NCBI GenBank assembly: GCA_041477935.1
Contig: JBGOVD010000001.1
Span: 1 to 27,146 of the forward strand
Source: Dissulfurispiraceae bacterium
Lineage (GTDB): Bacteria > Nitrospirota > Thermodesulfovibrionia > Thermodesulfovibrionales > Dissulfurispiraceae
Reading direction: 5' to 3'
DNA length: 27,146 nucleotides
Shown: positions 6,854 to 13,897 of the stretch, one piece after another
How positions within the stretch are numbered: the first letter of the stretch is position 1
Layout: every line of letters starts with the position of its first letter
Made by a program: the position numbers and the translations under genes
Notes under the pieces: generated by a model
The model's database searches: none
The model's input: only the letters and a program-made list of their open reading frames with translations
Told to the model about the DNA's origin: nothing

Positions 6854-9800
6854 ATGAACAAGCTCCTGGGCATTTTTTCAAAGGGCGGAAGATGTCCGTC
6901 GCTGAAGGCGGCCCAGGGTGCTGCTGCTAAGAAATACGCCTCTTTCAAAATCTTGCTCAACCATAATCACGCGGCTCTCGATGCCATAGCCGATATGGAG
7001 AATCTTTATTACTCAGGCAACCCGTTCAGCTTGACATCCGTAAGGATAAAGTATGAGGAACTTCTCGAGGCCGTCACCGGGGTTATCATCGCTCTTGAAA
7101 CTCTCTCAGGGAAGGATTATCACGCATTATCCGATATTATGTCGGGTATCGACAGCGAGCTTTTCCGGGACTTCAATCCCAAGTGCGCGCTACCGGTCGG
7201 CAACCTCGTCATAGGGCTTGATGAAATCACCGACGACATATATCGCATGATCGGCGCGAAGGCCGCAAACCTGGCATCCATTAAAAACGTTCTGGGCCTG
7301 CCCGTCCCGCCGGGATTCGTCATTACCTCACTGGCCTTCGAACGCTTCCTGAAATTTCACAAATTGCTGAAACCAATAAAAGAAGAATTATCGCTTGTCA
7401 CCTCGGAATCGATTGAGGCGATAGAACGAGCCGGCGACCGGCTGCGCAAGATGATACTCGACGCCCCGGTTCCTCCTGAGATACGAACTGAGATTATGAC
7501 GGCCTATTCAACTCTTGAGGAGACCGCCGGAAAAGGCGTGCGCATCGCCATGAGAAGCAGCGCTGTCGGCGAAGACACAGAAGCGACCTTCGCAGGCCAG
7601 TATGATACGGTCCTCAATGTGACCGGCGAAAACATACTGGACGCATACAAGACTGTCCTCGCAAGTAAATATTCAGCAAGAGCTATTGCATACCGGCTAC
7701 ATTACGGGCTTGACGACCGCGAGACGCCGATGTGCGTCCTTGGGATAGTGATGATCGATTCGAAAGCGAGCGGCGTCCTCTACTCGGTCGACCCTTCCCT
7801 GACCCGCTCCTGCCCTGTGAGGATCAACTCCATCTGGGGGATAGGCGAGCACCTTGTCGACGGAAGCGCTTCTCCCGACGTCTTCATCATTGACCGGATC
7901 GATGAGAAGATCATCGAAAAGCATATTGAGGGAAAGGCATCGAGACTGGTGAATCTTCGTGCCGGAGGCACAGGCATTGAATCTGTCCCGGAACATCAAC
8001 GCCACCTTCCTTCCATAGATGACCGAACGATCATACAGCTGACAAGGGACGGCCTGCTGCTGGAGGAATTTTTTGAAGGCCCGCAGGACGTGGAATGGGC
8101 AGTTGATGAGGAAGACAGGGTATTCATACTTCAATCAAGACCTCTCCTTCTTCCGGAAATGACCGCGGCCCCGCAACAGCCTCCGGTCTCTTACGCCAAT
8201 CCCGTTCTCCTTTCGCAGGGCAAGACCGCCTCCGGCGGGATCGCAACCGGAAGGGTCTTCATACTGGAGAAGGAGTGCGACCTTCTGAATCTTCCTGCGG
8301 ATGCAATACTTGTCGCCAAGATCGCCTCGCCCGATTATGCCAAAGTAATCGGACGGATAAAGGGCATCATCACGGATATCGGAAGCGTAACGAGCCACAT
8401 GTCATCCGTAGCCAGGGAGTTCGGCATACCTTCAATTGTAGATACCGGCAATGCTACAACATCATTGACGCACGGCGAGATCGTCACGATGTCGGCGGAC
8501 ACCGTTACTGTATATAGTGGCATCATCGAAGAACTCGCGAGTGAAATCAGGCCCGCGAAAAAGGTGATCTTCGACAGCCCTTTGCACCGCAGGATGCGCG
8601 GAATTCTCGATCGCATTTCCGTCCTGAACCTCACCGATATAAAAGCTGAATCATTTTCCCCGGAAGGATGCCGGACATACCACGACATAGTGCGTTTCAC
8701 CCATGAAACAGCAATACAGGAAATGTTCGGCATCTCTCTCGCATCGGAGCGGAGCGGCGCGTCGGTCAAGCTGACATCGACTCTTCCTCTTGATCTCTGG
8801 CTGATTGACCTTGGAGAAGGTCTCAGAGACGGCCTGACGACATGCGACAAGGTTACACCAGAAATGATCGACTCCTCCCCGATGAAGGCTGTCTGGAGGG
8901 GCTTTACTCATCCCGGAGTGAGCTGGGCCGGCACCATGAATATCGGTACCGGCAAAATATCCGGCATGCTCGCAGCGTCGGCCCTCTCGGAATTCGGAGA
9001 GATCGCAGGTGGGGAGAGCTATGCCTTGCTGTCACGTGACTATCTAAACCTCAGCGTACGCTTCGCCTACCACTTTGCGACTATCGACACCCTTTGCAGC
9101 GATAATGCATCACAGAACTATATATCCCTCCAGTTTTCAGGAGGGGCCGGGGATTATTACGGCCGCTCGCTTAGAATCCAGCTTATGGGACACATCCTTG
9201 AGAGGCTCGGCTTTCGGACCACAATTAAGGGCGATCTCCTTGAGGCATTCATGGCACGATACGATAAAAGATCGACTGAGGAAAAGCTCGACATGGCCGC
9301 CAGGCTGCTGGCCTCCACGCGGCTTCTCGATATCACGCTCTCTAACCAGGATGAATTGGCAGGACTGACCGAGACTTTTCTTAACGGCTCCTACGATTTT
9401 CTCGCCGGCAAGACGGACAATGCACTGCCTAACCTCTACCTTCGCAGCGGACACTGGACGCTTTCAGTTGAAGACGGCCGCACCTGTTGCCTTCAGGACG
9501 GCTCCAGGTGGGGCAGACGGATAGCGTCCGGGATTTCAGGATTTATGGGGAAGGTCGCAGGCGGCACGTATCATGAATTTCTCGATACCATCGAAGCCTA
9601 CCATTATTTCCCGATGGCCATTCTCAGGAACCTGGAACTTTCGGAAGGGACAATACGCGTAAATATCAAGCCGATGGCCGGTAACATCGACAGAGCAGGC
9701 GGCATAGCCTTCGGCGTCAGGGACGTCGACAACTACTTCGTTTTAAGGACCAATGCACTTGAGGGCAATATCATTCTTTTCGAATATATTAACGGAAGAA

Positions 9801-10036
9801 GAATCGAGAAGCGTATCGTAAGAAAGAAGATCGAGACCGGAAAATGGCATAACCTCCGCGTCGATATTTCAGGGCATGACATAAAAGGCTATCTAAATGG
9901 AGAGTTGCTGATGAAGCATGACGCAGGGAGATCGTTGAAAGGGTATATCGGTCTCTGGACCAAAGCGGATTCCGTTACGTGCTTCGATAATTTGACCATC
10001 GAATCAGATGGCCGCCGCGAAGTTATCGGGTTTTAA
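6854..10036 (+). CDS. PEP-synthase/PPDK-like phosphohistidine protein: ATP-grasp + His-swivel domain + atypical C-terminal domains (no pyruvate-binding TIM barrel)
   Basis: PPDK_N motifs IGAKAANL, LPVPPGFVIT, AMRSSAVGED...FAGQYDT, SGVLYS and DVEWA...FILQSRP. Swivel domain TDIGSVTSHMSSVAREFGIP with His515 (codon 8396-8398). The C-terminal ~200 aa look like a concanavalin/DUF1080-type beta-sandwich (AGGIAFG..D.DNYF; KWHNLRV; GYIGLW; FDNL). Confidence 0.8.
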   Translation: MNKLLGIFSKGGRCPSLKAAQGAAAKKYASFKILLNHNHAALDAIADMENLYYSGNPFSLTSVRIKYEELLEAVTGVIIALETLSGKDYHALSDIMSGIDSELFRDFNPKCALPVGNLVIGLDEITDDIYRMIGAKAANLASIKNVLGLPVPPGFVITSLAFERFLKFHKLLKPIKEELSLVTSESIEAIERAGDRLRKMILDAPVPPEIRTEIMTAYSTLEETAGKGVRIAMRSSAVGEDTEATFAGQYDTVLNVTGENILDAYKTVLASKYSARAIAYRLHYGLDDRETPMCVLGIVMIDSKASGVLYSVDPSLTRSCPVRINSIWGIGEHLVDGSASPDVFIIDRIDEKIIEKHIEGKASRLVNLRAGGTGIESVPEHQRHLPSIDDRTIIQLTRDGLLLEEFFEGPQDVEWAVDEEDRVFILQSRPLLLPEMTAAPQQPPVSYANPVLLSQGKTASGGIATGRVFILEKECDLLNLPADAILVAKIASPDYAKVIGRIKGIITDIGSVTSHMSSVAREFGIPSIVDTGNATTSLTHGEIVTMSADTVTVYSGIIEELASEIRPAKKVIFDSPLHRRMRGILDRISVLNLTDIKAESFSPEGCRTYHDIVRFTHETAIQEMFGISLASERSGASVKLTSTLPLDLWLIDLGEGLRDGLTTCDKVTPEMIDSSPMKAVWRGFTHPGVSWAGTMNIGTGKISGMLAASALSEFGEIAGGESYALLSRDYLNLSVRFAYHFATIDTLCSDNASQNYISLQFSGGAGDYYGRSLRIQLMGHILERLGFRTTIKGDLLEAFMARYDKRSTEEKLDMAARLLASTRLLDITLSNQDELAGLTETFLNGSYDFLAGKTDNALPNLYLRSGHWTLSVEDGRTCCLQDGSRWGRRIASGISGFMGKVAGGTYHEFLDTIEAYHYFPMAILRNLELSEGTIRVNIKPMAGNIDRAGGIAFGVRDVDNYFVLRTNALEGNIILFEYINGRRIEKRIVRKKIETGKWHNLRVDISGHDIKGYLNGELLMKHDAGRSLKGYIGLWTKADSVTCFDNLTIESDGRREVIGF

Positions 10037-10079
10037 CTCCGGGATAAACTTACCAGCTCTAGGCTGCTCATGCGAACCT

Positions 10080-10088
10080 TGGTATAAT
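10080..10088 (+). promoter_or_regulatory. Extended -10 sigma70-type promoter (TGnTATAAT) for trxB
   Basis: TGGTATAAT in the intergenic gap after the stop at 10036 is a perfect TATAAT plus the TG extension. No convincing -35 box. Confidence 0.6.
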
Positions 10089-10094
10089 TGCGTA

Positions 10095-11048
10095 ATGAGA
10101 GTTACAGATATGACAGCTAAAGATACCTATGAGGTGATAATCATCGGAGGAGGACCTGCCGGGCTTACGGCAGGACTCTATTGCAAGAGGGCCGCAATGA
10201 AAACGGTCCTGTTCGAAAAGGGATTGATCGGCGGCCAGATAGCCATTTCGAAAGATGTGGAGAACTATCCCGGCATGGAGGGCATAACCGGTTTCGATCT
10301 GGCTGAAAAACTGCTTCATCAGACCCAGACCTTCAACCTGCCTATCGTCCAGCAAACAGTTTCAGAAATAATCGTCGGCCCTGACCTTCACTCAGTCAGG
10401 CTCGACAATGGCGACCTGCTAAACAGTGTTGCCCTTATCCTGGCTGCGGGCGGCTCGGTGCGAAAACTGGGAATCCCCGGCGAAGCTGAATATCTCGGGA
10501 CCGGCGTTTCCTATTGCGCGACCTGCGACGGCTTCTTTTTCAGGGACAAAACCGTCGTCGTTATCGGCGGCGGGGACACAGCAGTTGAAGAGGCCCTCTA
10601 TCTGGCACGACTGACGCGCAAGGTGCGCCTTATTCACAGAGGCAATGCCCTGCGGGCAAGCAAAATACTTCAGGATCGCCTGATGAGCGAGCCCAGGATC
10701 GAAATAATCTGGGATACAGTCATCTCCGAAATCAAGGGAAGCGGAAGCGCCGTGAATGCCGTCTCCTTCGAAAATACCAGGACCGGGGAAAGGGGAGAAT
10801 TGCCGACGGAAGGAGTGTTCATCTTCATAGGGTATTCTCCGAACAATCAATTGATACCGGCAGCAGTCAGAATGGACGATCGCGGCTTTATAATTACCGA
10901 TGAAAAATGTGAGACGAATGTGCCGGGTATTTTTGCGGTCGGAGATTTGAGACATAAGTTCGCCAACCAGATCGTAGTCGCAGCAGCTGACGGCTGCGTG
11001 GCTGCGCTGGCATCCGCTCACTATGTGGAGTTGCATAAAACCGGATAA
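10095..11048 (+). CDS. trxB: Thioredoxin-disulfide reductase
   Basis: VIIIGGGPAGLTAG, GGQI, active site GVSYCATCDGFF, VIGGGDTAVEEA, GVFIFIG and TNVPGIFAVGD. The ORF-track start at 10008 overlaps the upstream gene; the likely start is ATG 10095 or 10110. Confidence 0.92.
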   Translation: MRVTDMTAKDTYEVIIIGGGPAGLTAGLYCKRAAMKTVLFEKGLIGGQIAISKDVENYPGMEGITGFDLAEKLLHQTQTFNLPIVQQTVSEIIVGPDLHSVRLDNGDLLNSVALILAAGGSVRKLGIPGEAEYLGTGVSYCATCDGFFFRDKTVVVIGGGDTAVEEALYLARLTRKVRLIHRGNALRASKILQDRLMSEPRIEIIWDTVISEIKGSGSAVNAVSFENTRTGERGELPTEGVFIFIGYSPNNQLIPAAVRMDDRGFIITDEKCETNVPGIFAVGDLRHKFANQIVVAAADGCVAALASAHYVELHKTG

Positions 11049-11069
11049 AATCCCTTACACTTGTATATT

Positions 11070-11279
11070 CTATTCTTTCACCGGCAAGACATGTATTGCC
11101 TTGATGATAAGACGGACCTGATCGCCCTTTTTCATCTTCAAATCTTCAAGCGATTCAGTTGTCAGTACCGATGCCATTTCGACGGGCACTGTTACTTCAA
11201 ACTTCACCAGCGACATGATATCGCCCTTCTTTACAGACTTGACCTTTGCCGTTATAGCATTCCTTGCTCCATACTTCAT
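11070..11279 (-). CDS. Molbindin / Mop-type single TOBE-domain molybdate/tungstate-binding protein
   Basis: 69 aa: GARNAITAKVKSVKKG...SVLTTESLEDLKMKKGDQVRLIIKA matches the Mop pattern (SARN.L.G.V..I..G ... S.IT..S.E.L.L..G..V...IKA). SD AGGAGG 5 nt upstream (11285-11290 on the minus strand). Confidence 0.85.
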   Translation of the reverse strand: MKYGARNAITAKVKSVKKGDIMSLVKFEVTVPVEMASVLTTESLEDLKMKKGDQVRLIIKAIHVLPVKE

Positions 11280-11318
11280 AGCAGCCTCCTTAAAAGCGGG
11301 ATTTCATGTTATCATCAT

Positions 11319-11339
11319 CACTAGTGTCCGACAGGTTTC
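11319..11339. repeat. IS terminal inverted repeat (transposase 3' side)
   Basis: CACTAGTGTCCGACAGGTTTC; matches the reverse complement of 12617-12637 at 18/21 positions. Confidence 0.85.
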
Positions 11340-12498
11340 ATAACAAAATCAGTTGGTTGCCGTTATCATTCTCATTTTGATCCGGTACCATATCTGTAAG
11401 CAGTTGAAGCACTGGTGTTTTTTCGAACGGAGTCACGCTCAGGATTTGTAACATCGAATGCAAAGACAGATCAAGTTTCATACGCTTTTTGACAATGGCT
11501 ACCAGCACGTACGTGGCTACGGCGATCCACACTTGTGTCTTGACGGCATTCTCCGAAGTGCCGAAGAAGCGCTTGATACGAAGGTGCTGCTTGATCCATT
11601 TGAAGAAGAGTTCCACCTGCCAGCGACTTTTGTAGAGGGCGCAGATGGTCAACGCTGGAAGCGTGGTGTTGTTGGTAAGAAACACCAAGCGCCTGCCTTC
11701 CGGGTCCGTGTAGCGTATACGTCTGAGCCGTTCGGGATAGGCTTGTTGAGAGTAGAAAACCACAAGCTCGACCAGTTGGTCGCACATCAGGCCGGTGCTT
11801 CGATCTACCGGATTGGAATAGACGCGACGGAACTTGGAGTTGGACTTGGCTCGGGTTACAAAGAAGCTGCCTGCTTGATGCAAGCGGTAGAGCCGCTCGA
11901 AGTCGAGATAGCCGCGGTCCATCACATAGAAAGCGCCTGGTTCTGGCACGAGCAAATCCAGAACGTTGACATCGTGCATCTTGCCGTCGCTGATATGGAT
12001 GAAAGTTGGAATGGCGCCTCGCAAATCGAGAAGGGTATGCAGTTTCACCGCAGCCTTTGTTTTGCGAAACTCGGCCCAGGGAAACAACTTCAGACATAGA
12101 TCGACTGTGGTGGAATCCAGCGCATAGACTGTTTCCGAAAGGTCGACGGCCAAAGGTTCGTTGGCATAAAGCCGTCGGGCAATGCGGATAAGCGCTTGCG
12201 CAAATTCGAAATAGATTCGCCAGTCTCGGGTTTCGTTGGCGTCGGCTATAGCACTGCGACTGACCTTGCCACGAATGCCCAAGTGATAGAGTTTCGCGGA
12301 CTGGGAACGCAGGCAGGCCTCGATGTCCCGCAGACTCTCCCTGTAAGTCAGTTGGGCAAAAGCCATGCATAGAAACTGGTCCAAGCAGCTGAAGCTGCGT
12401 ACGTTGAAGTCGCCGCAATGCTTCTCCACCGCGCGGCGAAAAGTATGCCATGGTGCAAATTCCATCACTTGGGCGAAGACGAGTTTGCCAGCGAACAT
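11338..12498 (-). CDS. IS4-family DDE transposase
   Basis: N-terminal MFAGKLVFAQ. Catalytic motifs YALDSTT (D), YVMDRGY (D) and YKSRWQVELFFKWIKQ (Y-2-R-3-E-6-K signature of the IS4 family). ATG at 12498 has SD GGGAGG 5 nt upstream. Frame uninterrupted. Confidence 0.92.
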   Translation of the reverse strand: MFAGKLVFAQVMEFAPWHTFRRAVEKHCGDFNVRSFSCLDQFLCMAFAQLTYRESLRDIEACLRSQSAKLYHLGIRGKVSRSAIADANETRDWRIYFEFAQALIRIARRLYANEPLAVDLSETVYALDSTTVDLCLKLFPWAEFRKTKAAVKLHTLLDLRGAIPTFIHISDGKMHDVNVLDLLVPEPGAFYVMDRGYLDFERLYRLHQAGSFFVTRAKSNSKFRRVYSNPVDRSTGLMCDQLVELVVFYSQQAYPERLRRIRYTDPEGRRLVFLTNNTTLPALTICALYKSRWQVELFFKWIKQHLRIKRFFGTSENAVKTQVWIAVATYVLVAIVKKRMKLDLSLHSMLQILSVTPFEKTPVLQLLTDMVPDQNENDNGNQLILL

Positions 12499-12616
12499 GA
12501 GCACCTCCCGGATATGTCCGGAAAGCCTGACTGAAAACCGCTGTCTCGTTCAAGTCGTTAACACTCATAAAAGCCGTGGAAGTAGCGCCAATGTAAGGTT
12601 TCAAGGAAATAACCCC

Positions 12617-12637
12617 GAATTCTATCGGACACTAGTG
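12617..12637. repeat. IS terminal inverted repeat (transposase 5' side)
   Basis: GAATTCTATCGGACACTAGTG; reverse complement is CACTAGTGTCCGATAGAATTC. Confidence 0.85.
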
Positions 12638-12658
12638 GTAATTATTCATAAATAACTG

Positions 12659-12687
12659 TTGACCTTTTCCTGCTTCTATGTCAGAAT
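12659..12687 (+). promoter_or_regulatory. sigma70-type promoter of the FleQ-like activator gene
   Basis: -35 TTGACC (12659-12664), 17-bp spacer, TG extension (12679-12680), -10 CAGAAT (12682-12687). Confidence 0.6.
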
Positions 12688-12693
12688 TATGAC
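12680..12693. promoter_or_regulatory. FleQ-box-like palindrome overlapping the -10 and start of the activator gene (putative autorepression site)
   Basis: GTCA-GAATTA-TGAC has the same GTCA-N6-TGAC geometry as 13754-13767 and as the Pseudomonas FleQ consensus GTCANTAAANTGAC. Confidence 0.55.
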
Positions 12694-13701
12694 ATGGGTA
12701 ACGATGAGCCGTCAGTCCATCCCAAGGTCCCGCCGATAGTCGGCGCTTCTCCGTCCATCAAGCGTATTTATAATTTGATTTCAAAAGTTTCTCAGTCGAA
12801 CAGCACTGTTCTGGTACTTGGCGAAAGCGGCACCGGCAAGGAGCTGGTTGCCAAGACGATCCATTACAGCAGTAAGAGAGCGGCTAAAAACTTTATCCCT
12901 GTCAATTGCGGCGCAATCCCTGCGGAACTCCTCGAATCCGAGCTATTCGGGCATGAAAAGGGCGCATTTACCGGCGCCATAGCATCCCGCACCGGACGTT
13001 TCGAGCTCGCCGACGGCGGCACGGTATTCCTTGACGAAATCGGCGAGATGTCACCGATGCTGCAGGTAAAGCTCCTAAGGGTCCTCCAGGAAAGGTCTTT
13101 TGAGCGGATAGGGGGGAGCAAGACCGTAAATGTCGATGTGCGGGTTATCTCGGCAACAAACCAGAACCTTGAAGAGGCAGTAAAGACGGGTAGATTCAGG
13201 GAAGACCTCTATTACCGTATAAATGTCATCCCGATAGAGATTCCGCCATTGCGGGAACGGACCGAAGACCTGCCGCTCCTGTGCGATTTTTTCATGGAAA
13301 AGCACGCCATGCGTTTCGAGCGCGCTCCGTTGAAAATTTCGGGTGAGGCGCTTCGGGCGTTTATGGATTATGGATGGCCTGGTAACGTGAGGGAACTCGA
13401 AAATACGCTCGAAAGGCTGCTGGTGCTCAAAGATGACGATGTTGTCACGCCTTACGACCTTTCGGAAAAAATGACAGGCAAAAAACTTCCGGCGCTTCCT
13501 GAGATCGACGACCCTAGCGATGATCCGGATGTCAATCCCTTCGTCCAGGGGATCGATCTCAATTCAGCGCTTGTCGAATACGAAAAGAGGCTTTTGCTTC
13601 ACGCCCTTCAGATCCACGGGAGAGTGAAAAGCCAGGCTGCGAAGTATCTGAATATTAACAGGACTACCCTTATCGAAAAGATGAAGAGACTTGGCCTTTA
13701 A
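12694..13701 (+). CDS. sigma54 enhancer-binding protein, FleQ/FlrA-like (AAA+ and HTH only, no N-terminal regulatory domain)
   Basis: Walker A GESGTGKE, VNCGAIPAELLESELFGHEKGAFTGA, Walker B FLDEIG, FREDLYYR, WPGNVRELEN and HTH ending RTTLIEKM (FleQ-like recognition helix). An in-frame TAA at 12649-12651 rules out an N-terminal extension. Confidence 0.85.
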   Translation: MGNDEPSVHPKVPPIVGASPSIKRIYNLISKVSQSNSTVLVLGESGTGKELVAKTIHYSSKRAAKNFIPVNCGAIPAELLESELFGHEKGAFTGAIASRTGRFELADGGTVFLDEIGEMSPMLQVKLLRVLQERSFERIGGSKTVNVDVRVISATNQNLEEAVKTGRFREDLYYRINVIPIEIPPLRERTEDLPLLCDFFMEKHAMRFERAPLKISGEALRAFMDYGWPGNVRELENTLERLLVLKDDDVVTPYDLSEKMTGKKLPALPEIDDPSDDPDVNPFVQGIDLNSALVEYEKRLLLHALQIHGRVKSQAAKYLNINRTTLIEKMKRLGL

Positions 13702-13753
13702 TCCGGACTATCATGGGTTGTCCTGAGATGGCCGGGGATGTTCTACCGTCTCA

Positions 13754-13767
13754 GTCATAAAATTGAC
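13754..13767. promoter_or_regulatory. FleQ-box-like upstream activating sequence
   Basis: (A)GTCA-TAAAAT-TGAC(T) has one mismatch to GTCANTAAANTGAC. Centre is about 108 bp upstream of the start predicted from the sigma54 motif at 13843. Confidence 0.6.
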
Positions 13768-13842
13768 TAAATTATATTTACCAAGATGCCGGAAGGCCGC
13801 CTTATTATGAAAAACATCGATAAAACAGGGCGATACGATTGA

Positions 13843-13858
13843 TGGCATATTTTTTTCA
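13843..13858 (+). promoter_or_regulatory. Putative sigma54 (-24/-12) promoter of the TPR-fleS-fleR operon, variant -12 element
   Basis: TGGCAT-ATTTT-TTTCA has a good -24 and TTTC in place of TTGC. Position relative to the UAS and the SD (GGAGGG 13887-13892) fits. Confidence 0.5.
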
Positions 13859-13897
13859 ACATATATTTGGAAAAGGCATGCCTCATGGAGGGCCTGT

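Larger units (their letters stand above)
11319..12637 (-). mobile_element. IS4-family insertion sequence, 1319 bp
   Basis: Imperfect terminal inverted repeats CACTAGTGTCCGACAGGTTTC (11319-11339) and GAATTCTATCGGACACTAGTG (12617-12637), 18/21 identical, enclose a single DDE transposase. No target-site duplication found. Confidence 0.9.

Noticed and set aside
11061-11324. 87-aa plus-strand ORF ending in HHH
   Set aside because: It is antisense to the molbindin gene, which has a clear family motif and SD.
11471-12604. 377-aa same-strand alternative-frame ORF overlapping the transposase, plus antisense ORF 11458-12099
   Set aside because: Composition is R/S/P/Q-rich and typical of shadow frames. 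There is no recognisable domain or SD, and the DDE frame fully explains the region. A conserved open frame across related IS copies would reopen the question.
12638-12693. Idea that the IS removed an N-terminal receiver domain from the FleQ-like gene
   Set aside because: An in-frame TAA (12649-12651) and a complete sigma70 promoter lie between the IS end and the ATG.
13723-13754. 9-bp stem-loop CTGAGATGG...CCGTCTCAG downstream of the activator gene as a terminator
   Set aside because: The loop is 14 nt and there is no U-tract on either strand. It may be a stability element, but it is not supportable as an intrinsic terminator.
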